Positions 9,295 through 19,741 of a stretch of DNA of 47,561 nucleotides are shown here, piece after piece. How positions within the stretch are numbered: position 1 is the stretch's first letter; every line of letters begins with the position of its first letter. Position numbers and translations under genes: made by a program. The notes under the pieces are model-generated. The model had not been told where the DNA came from. It was given only the letters and a program-made list of their open reading frames with translations, and made no database searches. This DNA comes from a phage, in the sequence record PZ324410.1; one strand, given 5' to 3'.

Positions 9295-9544
9295 TCCGCA
9301 CCAGTGAACACTCCAGCTTCGGTGCTACATAATTACCCGCGAGGAAATACGTGCTGCCAGTGCTGATAATCACAGGCTTTCCGGCATGCAGCGAAAGGTT
9401 CTGCACGATAAACTCTGCGGTAGCGGTGCTGATTTCTAACACTGCATCGCCGTCACGATTGAGTGATACCAGCTTTGCGGATGGGTCGGTTACATTTGTG
9501 TAATCGGAGTTGCGTTGTGCGATTGTAATGTCGGTGAATGCCAT
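9269..9544 (-). CDS. hypothetical protein
   Basis: 91-aa ORF; stop overlaps neighbour. Confidence 0.5.
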   Translation of the reverse strand: MAFTDITIAQRNSDYTNVTDPSAKLVSLNRDGDAVLEISTATAEFIVQNLSLHAGKPVIISTGSTYFLAGNYVAPKLECSLVRIVEAQSDI

Positions 9545-9759
9545 TAAAATTTCTCCATTCCGCCTTTACTGACGATTTTATTTACCTTGGTGATAAGTTC
9601 GATTGCTTGCTGAATTTCAGCTGGGGAAAACACCCCAGCAGAATATTCAACTTTAACGCCATCTCCAGCCATCTCGATTGAGATATGCTTTGTCGACATT
9701 TTGCACGCGAATCCGTTGCACTCAAAATGACCAGACAAATGTAATTTGCAATCTGCCAT
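9544..9759 (-). CDS. hypothetical protein
   Basis: 71-aa ORF; ATGA-type coupling with flanking genes. Confidence 0.5.
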   Translation of the reverse strand: MADCKLHLSGHFECNGFACKMSTKHISIEMAGDGVKVEYSAGVFSPAEIQQAIELITKVNKIVSKGGMEKF

Positions 9760-10301
9760 TATTTGATCTCTCCATTCAATTCATCTGCGATAAGTTTTGA
9801 GTAACCAGCGATATCCTTCCAGTTATCATCGTATGCCGGGTCGCCATTCAGGATGCGACCGATTTTGTGCTGAATCATGTCCAGCGCTTCGCGTTGGCTA
9901 TCAGTTAATCGTGACCATCCATCAGTATTGTGCATCACTCCTTTTAGTGAGCGCATGATTTTAGCGCCATCAGCGAATTTACCGTAACGATTGCCACGCT
10001 CATTGACCAGTGATTCGATATCAACTTTCGTCGGGTCGTATTTGACCACCTCGACATCTGCGGCGGTAACTGGTTCGCGTTGGGCGATAATCTCATAACG
10101 ATAACCTTCATTAAATGCAACGCCGTCACGGTTTTCGTCGCCAATATCGCAAACATGGATCCGTCTACCAACGACGCCGACAAATGAATGCTTGCTAGTC
10201 CATTCCCCTTTAATTCTCCTTGTTACCCAATCCGGCGCGCCTTCAAAATCCCTCTCACTGCCTTTCAGGTATTTCCATGCTTTCTTGCATTCACTCATCA
10301 C
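9759..10301 (-). CDS. hypothetical protein (180 aa)
   Basis: long ORF in coupled minus operon; family not recognised by eye. Confidence 0.55.
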   Translation of the reverse strand: MMSECKKAWKYLKGSERDFEGAPDWVTRRIKGEWTSKHSFVGVVGRRIHVCDIGDENRDGVAFNEGYRYEIIAQREPVTAADVEVVKYDPTKVDIESLVNERGNRYGKFADGAKIMRSLKGVMHNTDGWSRLTDSQREALDMIQHKIGRILNGDPAYDDNWKDIAGYSKLIADELNGEIK

Positions 10302-10498
10302 TCACCTCTTAATGTCACTTTATTGTTTTCGTCAACGTTAAAATTAGCCCTGATGTACTCATACATCTCTTCTTTGCTCATATCAGCAAGCTCGACATAG
10401 CATCGCGCAAAGTAACGCACATCACGCAGACTAAGAGGCTGTCTTTTCTTCACGATTGCTGTCACTACTTCACTCTTCTCTCGGCGCGGTCTTGGCAT
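10298..10498 (-). CDS. hypothetical protein
   Basis: 66-aa basic N-terminus; first gene of minus operon next to repeat-bearing intergenic region. Confidence 0.5.
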   Translation of the reverse strand: MPRPRREKSEVVTAIVKKRQPLSLRDVRYFARCYVELADMSKEEMYEYIRANFNVDENNKVTLRGE

Positions 10499-10595
10499 TT
10501 CTTACTCTCCTTTAGAAAACATCTTGACTTAATCTACGTCAATCGTCAATACTTGTTGATGTAGATTGTATCACAAAGAAAAGAGGTGATGTGGA

Positions 10596-10793
10596 ATGAC
10601 TCTTGAAGAGATGATTAATGAACGTCATGAGCAGGTTGAATCGCTCATTAAAAATAAATGCGATGGCGAGACTATGGAAACTGTGAAATGGATTGTCAAA
10701 TGGTCCATGAAACAAGCTCACTCGCAAGGTAAGGTAGATTATGCTCACGAAGATTTACCGGAGATTTTACGTAATCATCCCGGTCCATTTTGA
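10596..10793 (+). CDS. hypothetical protein
   Basis: AAGAGGTGATG RBS region before ATG; first plus-strand gene after divergent region. Confidence 0.5.
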   Translation: MTLEEMINERHEQVESLIKNKCDGETMETVKWIVKWSMKQAHSQGKVDYAHEDLPEILRNHPGPF

Positions 10794-10873
10794 AGAAGAT
10801 GGCTATGTGTGCGTTAAGCATGAAATCATCAAATATTACGGCAGAAATTACATTAAATTGATGGAGAGAAAAA

Positions 10874-11068
10874 ATGACAACTAACGAATGCTACGAACAA
10901 TCAATTATCGCACGACTAAACGAAGTAGACCGCACCCGCGACTGGCTTGAGTGTGAATTACGCGAAGTGCGCAACAGGATTCAGTGCAGTAATAGTCAGA
11001 AGAAAGACATTATCGACTGGTCTGGTGACAGGCCGAAGTTTAACAATATTGGGGAGTGGGTAGAATGA
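10874..11068 (+). CDS. hypothetical protein
   Basis: 64-aa ORF; GGAGAGAAAAA upstream of ATG. Confidence 0.5.
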   Translation: MTTNECYEQSIIARLNEVDRTRDWLECELREVRNRIQCSNSQKKDIIDWSGDRPKFNNIGEWVE

Positions 11069-11283
11069 GAAAGCAAAGCACTATAGCTGATTTGGTACTT
11101 GCTGATTTTAGAGAGCAGAGCGCAAGAAATAAACGGCACAAAAACCAGAATGACAACAGAACTTCCATGCAGTGGCTGAAAGATAACTTTGGCAAGAAAT
11201 CGCACAAATACAGAAGGGATAGAGTTTTGCTGATGCTCATTAATTTAAACATGAAGGCAACTATTGCGAGGTTGATGAAGTGA
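11065..11283 (+). CDS. hypothetical basic protein
   Basis: ORF 11056..11283 trimmed to ATG 11065 overlapping previous stop. Confidence 0.45.
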   Translation: MRKQSTIADLVLADFREQSARNKRHKNQNDNRTSMQWLKDNFGKKSHKYRRDRVLLMLINLNMKATIARLMK

Positions 11284-11522
11284 CAGCGCCACATATGCCG
11301 ATGATGAATGGCGAAGGGGTTTTAGAGTGCCCATTATGCCAAGCAACAATAGCTCATGCAGATACCATTGATGGCGAGTGGATTGTTGAATGCTATGAGT
11401 GTGGATGCAGAACTGGTGCTTACATGACCGATAAAGGAGCCATCGAGTCATGGAACACCCGCAACGGACACCTCTACACACCAGAAGACTTCAAACAGGC
11501 AGGTCAGGAGCGAGATTTATGA
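11280..11522 (+). CDS. Lar-family restriction alleviation protein
   Basis: two Cys pairs CPLC...CYECGC and C-terminal AIESWNTR motif typical of Lar family; start may be GTG 11280 or ATG 11295. Confidence 0.55.
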   Translation: MTAPHMPMMNGEGVLECPLCQATIAHADTIDGEWIVECYECGCRTGAYMTDKGAIESWNTRNGHLYTPEDFKQAGQERDL

Positions 11523-11821
11523 CTGGTCGCGAAATTGTTATTAATTACTTCAAGAATCACAAATCAGGAACCCTCCAGCAGATATGCGATTCGCATAGGT
11601 CGCCATTTGCGGTATATGCCAAAGTAAGTTGCGCGCTTCATGATATGCGAGTGCGCGAGGAAGTGAAACTTAGCGGTAAGGTTTACGAGATAGAAGAATC
11701 TATCGGCGTCGACAACATCAAGGTTAAACCATTAACTATCCGCTGTCATAGCTACGTGCCAAAGCAGCATTTCGGCGGCAATAATTACCTGACACAGCTG
11801 CTTCGTGCGGTGCGTGGATGA
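11519..11821 (+). CDS. hypothetical protein
   Basis: ORF trimmed to ATG overlapping previous stop (ATGA). Confidence 0.45.
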   Translation: MTGREIVINYFKNHKSGTLQQICDSHRSPFAVYAKVSCALHDMRVREEVKLSGKVYEIEESIGVDNIKVKPLTIRCHSYVPKQHFGGNNYLTQLLRAVRG

Positions 11822-12210
11822 GGTGGTTAGTGAAACACAAATCAGGCCGCGTTTTATTCGTCACCAGTGATAAGTTTATCGCGGAAAATCGCAGAAAGAT
11901 GGGCTGGATAGTGGAGAAAGTTAAGATGACGAGCAGAGAGCAGTTTGAAAAGTGGGTTAGCGAAAAGCTGTTCCCTGGTATTCATTTTGCATTCCTTGAT
12001 AATGGCGAATATGTGAATACCATCATTCAGCAGCGATGGGAAGCATGGCAGGAATCACGCGCAGCTATTGACATTGAGCAGCCAGAATTTATTGATTCTC
12101 GATCGGTTCTGGATAAAGGTTACATGGTTGATTACTCAAATGGATTTGGTGATGCGATGGATGCATTTGTACAAGCAATCGAACAAGCAGGATTAAAGGT
12201 GAAGAAATGA
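11818..12210 (+). CDS. hypothetical protein
   Basis: 130-aa ORF, coupled string. Confidence 0.5.
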   Translation: MRWLVKHKSGRVLFVTSDKFIAENRRKMGWIVEKVKMTSREQFEKWVSEKLFPGIHFAFLDNGEYVNTIIQQRWEAWQESRAAIDIEQPEFIDSRSVLDKGYMVDYSNGFGDAMDAFVQAIEQAGLKVKK

Positions 12211-12533
12211 TTATTCCACTGAATGAAATTATGACGGCAGATATCAATGAACTGGATGATATGGATATGCAGCTCGCATATGAAATTGAGTGCATTGAAC
12301 GTCAATTGCAGCATCCTGACAAGGACGCTAAAACATGGCGAGAGAGGGCAATGAAGGCGCGTAACCATATGAAACGTACTCGTGCACTGGTTCGTACTCG
12401 ACTGGATAAACTGTACTACGGTGAAGACCGCCTTCTGCATGGCGTTATCCTTGCTGAGGTGCGTAAAACAATGTCAGTTGGTCGATTCATGGAACTGGTC
12501 CATAAGGCTAAACGCAATGCGGGGTTGGTGTGA
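12207..12533 (+). CDS. hypothetical protein
   Basis: 108-aa ORF, basic C-terminal half. Confidence 0.5.
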   Translation: MIIPLNEIMTADINELDDMDMQLAYEIECIERQLQHPDKDAKTWRERAMKARNHMKRTRALVRTRLDKLYYGEDRLLHGVILAEVRKTMSVGRFMELVHKAKRNAGLV

Positions 12534-12715
12534 TGCGCAAGTATCAGTGCTACAGGTGCGGGGAGTCAAAGGATTGGTACAGATTTAATCCTGGTCAAAA
12601 ATATTGGATTAGAAAGTGTATTCGCTGCGAGCAATCGCCAGTGGGGTCAATGCCGGTTAGACAGGATTCATCTCACGTGTTTCATAGTCGCAAGATAATG
12701 AGGGTATGCAAATGA
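12533..12715 (+). CDS. small zinc-ribbon-like protein
   Basis: CYRCGE...CIRCEQ Cys pairs; GTGATG overlap with previous stop. Confidence 0.45.
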   Translation: MRKYQCYRCGESKDWYRFNPGQKYWIRKCIRCEQSPVGSMPVRQDSSHVFHSRKIMRVCK

Positions 12716-12858
12716 TTCCATTACTATGGATTACCGGAGCATACGCATTCTGTCGAGTGCTTAATGCCGATTCGCTTACTCACGTTGCTGCATATGGATT
12801 GCTTTTCTGCATGACTGGCGCGTTGCTTGCCTTCGCAGATGACGTTTTATCAGACTAA
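12712..12858 (+). CDS. small membrane peptide
   Basis: 48-aa hand-called ORF, hydrophobic; ATGA overlap. Confidence 0.3.
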   Translation: MIPLLWITGAYAFCRVLNADSLTHVAAYGLLFCMTGALLAFADDVLSD

Positions 12859-12912
12859 TCTATTACATACATTTAACGCATGGCTGCTACCATCAAATCT
12901 GGAGGTGCAGCC

Positions 12913-13035
12913 ATGTTCATAACTCAAATCATATTCTTCCTTTCACTTTCTGCCATCTATCCTTCCATTCTGTATCCTCTCGCCACGCTGTCGTGGTGCT
13001 TTATTGCTCTGTGGTATAATTCCGACACGAGCTAA
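12913..13035 (+). CDS. small membrane peptide
   Basis: 40-aa hand-called ORF with strong GGAGGTG RBS. Confidence 0.3.
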   Translation: MFITQIIFFLSLSAIYPSILYPLATLSWCFIALWYNSDTS

Positions 13036-13050
13036 CCGTGGAGCTATGCA

Positions 13051-14804
<1,754 letters not shown>

Positions 14805-14806
14805 TA

Positions 14807-15877
14807 ATGGAAAAGATTATTTTTACCAAAGACCTGGTAGCCAACTCCGCAGTGGTGGCTGACCAGTGGAAACATCTGACCATCGACCGCAAGGTGTTCT
14901 GCAATGCAGAAGCTGAACTGGCGAAAACATACGGTGTTAACGCCACCGCACTGGTAACGAAAGATTACTGGCGCGACGTGGATAACGTCACCACCCGCGT
15001 TTTCCGTAACGAAGCTGGTCAGGACATGATGGCTGACCTGATGGGTATCGCGGCAAACATCAATATCGGTAAGACTGTGGCAGTCAGCCGCATCGCTTCC
15101 GATGCCGGTAAGGTGGTCCGCACCCTGTCTGGTCAGGAGCCGGAAGATTTGGACAAAACTCGCTATGATTACACTGGCGATGTGATTCCAATCTTCAAGA
15201 CTGGCTACAGCCGTGAATGGCGTGAACTGCTGGGTATGCAGTCTGAAGGTTTTGACCCACTGCTGGACGATCAGGCTAACGTCACCTTTAACCTGCGTTC
15301 CGACATGGCGCAGTATCTGCTGACTGGCGACCAGACCCTGAACGTGAACGGCGTTTACACTGGCTACGGTATCACCAACCACCCGAACACTGTTCAGGTT
15401 AACCTGAGCACTTCCCCCGGCCTGAACATTGACCTGCAAACCGCAACGCCAGACGAAATCGTGAAATTCTTCAATCAGGATTTCCAGGCTATTCTGGATG
15501 CGCAGAACGTATTTGAGCAGGTGACTCTGTGGGTTTCCCCGGCAGTGCGTCGCAGCTTCATGCGCCCGTATTCTGATGCGGCTGGCTTCAAAGGTGGTAC
15601 TGTTGAGCAGTACATCACGCAGTTCGGCAATGGTCGCATCGGCAAGATTGGCACCAACTTCCTGCTGACAGGCAACCATTTCGTTGGCTATGTTCGCAAC
15701 GACATGTACATCCGTCCGCGTGTTGCTCAGCCTGTTTCCACCTATGCGGCTGCCCGCGCCAACCCGCACGATAACTTTAACTTCCTCGTGTGGTCAGCTT
15801 TTGGCCTGCAAATCCGTAAGGATTTCACTGGTAAGTCCAAAGTGTTCAACGGCTACGGTACGCAAACTCCGCTGTAA
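14807..15877 (+). CDS. major capsid protein
   Basis: 356-aa ORF in lambda E-like position; strong terminator follows. Confidence 0.75.
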   Translation: MEKIIFTKDLVANSAVVADQWKHLTIDRKVFCNAEAELAKTYGVNATALVTKDYWRDVDNVTTRVFRNEAGQDMMADLMGIAANINIGKTVAVSRIASDAGKVVRTLSGQEPEDLDKTRYDYTGDVIPIFKTGYSREWRELLGMQSEGFDPLLDDQANVTFNLRSDMAQYLLTGDQTLNVNGVYTGYGITNHPNTVQVNLSTSPGLNIDLQTATPDEIVKFFNQDFQAILDAQNVFEQVTLWVSPAVRRSFMRPYSDAAGFKGGTVEQYITQFGNGRIGKIGTNFLLTGNHFVGYVRNDMYIRPRVAQPVSTYAAARANPHDNFNFLVWSAFGLQIRKDFTGKSKVFNGYGTQTPL

Positions 15878-15883
15878 TAAAAA

Positions 15884-15905
15884 AGAGGGGCTTCGGCCCC
15901 TTTGT
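15884..15905 (+). terminator. rho-independent terminator
   Basis: ggggc ttcg gcccc hairpin followed by TTTG. Confidence 0.6.
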
Positions 15906-15921
15906 GAATTTGAGGTGAATA

Positions 15922-16119
15922 ATGGCTAAGTACGAAGTGATCGCACGCGGAATCTTTGTTAAAGAGAAAGGCAAGATTCGTGAATTGCAGCTCGGCGAGG
16001 TGATTACCGAACCAGCTGAGCATCTGCTACCAAAGCTGCGCGTCATGCCAGAGCTGGAAAGGTCTTTCGAAGTCGCAACACCACAAGAAAGGACGACAAA
16101 GAAAAAGAAAGCAGAGTAA
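15922..16119 (+). CDS. hypothetical protein
   Basis: 65-aa ORF between two terminators. Confidence 0.45.
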   Translation: MAKYEVIARGIFVKEKGKIRELQLGEVITEPAEHLLPKLRVMPELERSFEVATPQERTTKKKKAE

Positions 16120-16123
16120 ACAA

Positions 16124-16147
16124 AACCCGCATAATGCGGGTTTTTTA
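16124..16147. terminator. bidirectional rho-independent terminator
   Basis: aacccgc ataa tgcgggtt hairpin flanked by A-run and T-run. Confidence 0.65.
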
Positions 16148-16150
16148 TTG

Positions 16151-16690
16151 CTACAGACGCATCGGCATAACAACAATCTTCGCAGTCTCGCCAGATGGCG
16201 CACTAAGGCAGCAAACTGCTGCATTTGTATTTCCATTCAGTTCAAATTTGACACCACAGAATTTAGGATTAAACAGCTTCGCCACTTTCTCAATATCAAC
16301 AAGGTAGCCAGTATTGAATCCTATTTCCTCTGCTGCTTTCGTTTCCTTTGGTATCACGCGGTCAATATCGGGGAATCGACCATCAATCTCTTCGCAGATA
16401 CCAGCGCCAACCATCGCGCCAGCTTCATCATGATACGTTGCAATTTTCGACCCGGTATCAATGATGGCGTGCTCATAGCGCTTTGTTGGTGACTTGCCAA
16501 TCTTGATAATCACATTTTCCGTCAGCTTATTATCATGGACTCCGCCAATGAATGCACGATGGCCGTCAGTTGACGCAATGCGACCATCAGTCATAAAGCA
16601 GATGCCGTTCAGGTAGTATCGCACATCATTACGAGCCTGAAATATCAATGCTGACTCAAGTAATAGTTTGCTGATTTTTAGTTTCATCAC
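16151..16690 (-). CDS. truncated DNA polymerase III beta sliding-clamp homolog
   Basis: translation contains DVRYYLNG, TDGHR, DGRFPDxxRVxPK, EIGFN and C-terminal VVMPMRL, matching landmarks of the C-terminal two thirds of bacterial DnaN; about half normal length. Confidence 0.6.
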   Translation of the reverse strand: MMKLKISKLLLESALIFQARNDVRYYLNGICFMTDGRIASTDGHRAFIGGVHDNKLTENVIIKIGKSPTKRYEHAIIDTGSKIATYHDEAGAMVGAGICEEIDGRFPDIDRVIPKETKAAEEIGFNTGYLVDIEKVAKLFNPKFCGVKFELNGNTNAAVCCLSAPSGETAKIVVMPMRL

Positions 16691-16860
16691 TTCACCTTAA
16701 TCATGTGTTGTTTTGCAACCTTTAGGCATTCCTCAAAAATGCCACCCTTCTTAGTGCTCTGGTTTCGCTTGTAATACTGGATTGCCGCATCAATTGCCAT
16801 CTGGTCAATGTCAGGCAGCTTGTCACGAAGTTGTTTTTCGATGAATTGCTCAGCGTTCAT
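16687..16860 (-). CDS. hypothetical small protein
   Basis: ORF trimmed to ATG 16860 overlapping upstream stop. Confidence 0.4.
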   Translation of the reverse strand: MNAEQFIEKQLRDKLPDIDQMAIDAAIQYYKRNQSTKKGGIFEECLKVAKQHMIKVK

Positions 16861-17222
16861 AGGACCAACCACTTAGCTGGAATGATGTATCGAACTTCCG
16901 ATTCTGTTAAACCTAAGTCCATGCATATACTATCCACACTTTTCTGTGCAGGGTAATTTCGAGAGAAGTAGTTCCCCATCCACTCTCTAAGGCCTGTAAA
17001 GCATGGTATGTCATCGAAATCTGAGATGTCAGATGCAGCATTGAATGCCTTACTACATATCAAGCATTGTTTATAGGAAAACGCATCTCTTTCCGATGAT
17101 ACTCCTGATGAATACTTATATTTATCTCCTTTGTGTATTTCTCTTCCACACTCGCAGCATTTATGGCTCTTGATAGCTTTTCTTTCTATTTGTCTGAAAG
17201 CAAGTGGCTGTTCACCCATCAC
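16857..17222 (-). CDS. zinc-ribbon protein
   Basis: CCECG and CLIC Cys pairs in 121-aa ORF. Confidence 0.5.
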   Translation of the reverse strand: MMGEQPLAFRQIERKAIKSHKCCECGREIHKGDKYKYSSGVSSERDAFSYKQCLICSKAFNAASDISDFDDIPCFTGLREWMGNYFSRNYPAQKSVDSICMDLGLTESEVRYIIPAKWLVL

Positions 17223-18028
17223 ATCTTCTCCAGAATTGCCATGACCTCGTGAATATCAGCAACAGGAATCTGGATAAATTCCTCATCCTCTGCCACCACA
17301 TGACCAGCAGGGAGAATCACATGGTCAGCTGGCTTCAATAACTCAATCAGGCGGTCTACTGGCTTAATCTTTTTCGACTTCAGCACCTTTGCTGTGACTT
17401 TGTCCTTGCCTTGCGCCCTCGCTTCTTCTACCGCCTCGTCGATAACTTTTACTGCATCATCTCCATGTTCGCGCGTTACCGCTACGGCATTTGCATAGCT
17501 GATTTGTCCTGCACTGATGCGCGCTTTTACTTCCGCTGGAACATCACCCAGCGACAGATGCATTTGCACGTCAGATACTGAGCGGCCTACCTTTTTGGCA
17601 ATTTCTTCATTCGTCCAGCCAAAACCCTTCAGTCGCGTGTAAGCCTTTGCGCGTTCAAACGGGTCGAGTTGCTTGCCCTGACTGGATGACACCATGAAGG
17701 CGATTTTGTCAGCCTCGTCGCCAGTGAAATCCTTGCACTCAATGCGAACGATTGGTGCTCCGCGCTCAATGGCACGCAATGCGCCGAGATAGCGGTGCTG
17801 ACCATCAAGAATGCGGATTCCCTTCTCATCTGGAATAACTGTTAATGCTGGCAGTGGCTGTCCTGATTCCCAGCACTGCGCGAAATATTCAACGTGTTGC
17901 TCATCTGCTTCACGGATGTTATATCCAGGCTCCAGATAGATTTGCTCCACTGGCACGAGATAGGTTTTGTTCACAGCGATTCCGTTGCGCGTTTCTTTGT
18001 CTGAATAGATTTTGCTTAGTGTTTTCAT
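17219..18028 (-). CDS. ParB-like nuclease domain protein
   Basis: LDGQHRY-type ParB N-terminal motif plus predicted HTH segment (EEIAKKVGRSVSDV). Confidence 0.6.
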   Translation of the reverse strand: MKTLSKIYSDKETRNGIAVNKTYLVPVEQIYLEPGYNIREADEQHVEYFAQCWESGQPLPALTVIPDEKGIRILDGQHRYLGALRAIERGAPIVRIECKDFTGDEADKIAFMVSSSQGKQLDPFERAKAYTRLKGFGWTNEEIAKKVGRSVSDVQMHLSLGDVPAEVKARISAGQISYANAVAVTREHGDDAVKVIDEAVEEARAQGKDKVTAKVLKSKKIKPVDRLIELLKPADHVILPAGHVVAEDEEFIQIPVADIHEVMAILEKM

Positions 18029-18225
18029 TTAACTCTCGCCTCCATCATTCTTTCTGCGATAAGGTAAGCATGTTCAGCCTTCTCGCCATAACCCATATTT
18101 GGTGATGTAATTAATAGAGATTGCATTGCTTTTGCGGCAAAGTAATCACGTAGCGTTGCATCAGAAGCCATTTCTTGTCGCTTAACGTCATAATCAATAA
18201 ATTCATCTTTCATATCATTCACCAC
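18025..18225 (-). CDS. hypothetical protein
   Basis: 66-aa ORF, coupled. Confidence 0.45.
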   Translation of the reverse strand: MVNDMKDEFIDYDVKRQEMASDATLRDYFAAKAMQSLLITSPNMGYGEKAEHAYLIAERMMEARVK

Positions 18226-18406
18226 TTTCTTCTAACAATTGCTCGTAATATGCGACGTACTCATTGGCAAGATAGTACAGGCGCTCAGCAGACTTGCGTT
18301 CTGAATTACTTAAGTCATCAATAGACTCAATGTTGCCAATTGCATCAACACAATCATTGAAGTCTTGCTCCGTGTTACGAAATCGACAGTAGGACATGTT
18401 TGCCAT
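18215..18406 (-). CDS. hypothetical protein
   Basis: 63-aa acidic ORF. Confidence 0.45.
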   Translation of the reverse strand: MANMSYCRFRNTEQDFNDCVDAIGNIESIDDLSNSERKSAERLYYLANEYVAYYEQLLEESGE

Positions 18407-18408
18407 GA

Positions 18409-19032
18409 TTATTCCTCATCACCAGAATTAGCAATATCGTAAAACTGACCGTAGGTTATCTGCTTAAAGTTATCAGGTATCGTTACCTGTCCGTGACCTT
18501 CATCTTTTGTATTTGGCACGGCAAAAATCAGGCAATCATCCTTTTGCGGGTGTTTGCCGCCATAAGTAGACAGCATTGCAAAACCAAATCCGCGACCTGA
18601 TTGCTCGCCAATGCCTGTGCGTGCGATGCCGTAATGATTAACAATGTAGTCTTTCCATTCTGGCAATAACTTTAATTTCTCGTTTGCCTCGCGAATCACT
18701 GCGTCCAGCTTTTTGTTGTATTCTCGCCCGTCTTTTGTGTTACCCTTACCGCGAGCCACAATTACACGCTGACCTTCCCAAAAGTCTTCTCGCTTTATTG
18801 TCACTTGGCACGGAAATTCAAACTGCTTACTCCACACAAAACTCTCAAGCAAGCCACCACCAACAGCACCCCAACTGCGCGTTGTGGTAAATGCGATAGC
18901 ACCAACCTTTTTCATGGCATCGCCGAGAATTTCATTGCGGCGCTTTTGGATGTCGTCATATGCGTTAATAACTTTCTTAACATCAGCACCTTCAACCATG
19001 TAATAATCATAATGTTTTGCGTTACTGCTCAT
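18409..19032 (-). CDS. hypothetical protein (207 aa)
   Basis: ORF 18409..19050 trimmed to Met with GAGGTG RBS; first gene after promoter 19074..19102. Confidence 0.55.
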   Translation of the reverse strand: MSSNAKHYDYYMVEGADVKKVINAYDDIQKRRNEILGDAMKKVGAIAFTTTRSWGAVGGGLLESFVWSKQFEFPCQVTIKREDFWEGQRVIVARGKGNTKDGREYNKKLDAVIREANEKLKLLPEWKDYIVNHYGIARTGIGEQSGRGFGFAMLSTYGGKHPQKDDCLIFAVPNTKDEGHGQVTIPDNFKQITYGQFYDIANSGDEE

Positions 19033-19073
19033 CTTCATCACCTCTAACATTTATTGTTGTTTCTACGTCACTA

Positions 19074-19102
19074 ACTATAAACACCTCATCAATCTACGTC
19101 AA
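19074..19102 (-). promoter_or_regulatory. sigma70-like promoter TTGACG-N17-TATAGT on minus strand
   Basis: hexamers with 17-nt spacer on reverse complement; -35 lies in atctacgtcaa repeat. Confidence 0.45.
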
Positions 19103-19149
19103 CTGGAATATGCTAAAATTATGCTAATCAAACAACAGGAGATTTAAAC

Positions 19150-19269
19150 ATGGGTTCAACAAACGGTCCGTCTCGTTCACGCGCTACTGGCAACACCAAA
19201 ACTGGCGGCAAAACTGGCGCAGTGAAGCCAAACGGCTCCACCCGTTCACCATCGCGCGGTAAGAAATAA
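19150..19269 (+). CDS. small basic Ser/Thr/Gly-rich protein
   Basis: 39-aa hand-called ORF; AGGAG RBS; TAATG coupling to next gene. Confidence 0.35.
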   Translation: MGSTNGPSRSRATGNTKTGGKTGAVKPNGSTRSPSRGKK

Positions 19270-19709
19270 TGTTCGGCGCAGATGTTGCCATCATGATCAT
19301 GTATGTGCTGGGATTCGCCTGCACTGGCATGATTGCGTTTCTGGTGTTCATTCCGGCAATGGTGATGTCTGTGTATCTTGGATGGGTGCTTGTTGATTCA
19401 TTTCCCGCCGAATATCTGTATTACCTTGCGCAGTCTATGATCTGGTTGTTTCCGGCTATTGCGCTGCGCAAAAGCACAAAGATGGCGCTCTGCGTGCTAA
19501 CGATGAGCCTTTACGAATGGCTGGTTGCGATAGAGTCATTCGTATGGGAATTTGTCACGCCTGTAGAAACGCCGCTTCATGCGCAGTACGCATTTATTAT
19601 TATCGGCATCCATCTGTTCATCCTTTCCATCACTTTTAAATGGGGCGGCGAAATTGGACATTATTCTTGGCGTGGTCGCCATCGTTTTTTCGCTGATTCA
19701 AATCTATAA
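19269..19709 (+). CDS. membrane protein
   Basis: 146 aa with several hydrophobic segments. Confidence 0.45.
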   Translation: MFGADVAIMIMYVLGFACTGMIAFLVFIPAMVMSVYLGWVLVDSFPAEYLYYLAQSMIWLFPAIALRKSTKMALCVLTMSLYEWLVAIESFVWEFVTPVETPLHAQYAFIIIGIHLFILSITFKWGGEIGHYSWRGRHRFFADSNL

Positions 19710-19741
19710 GTGCTGGAAACATATCATCAGCGAGACACGCA

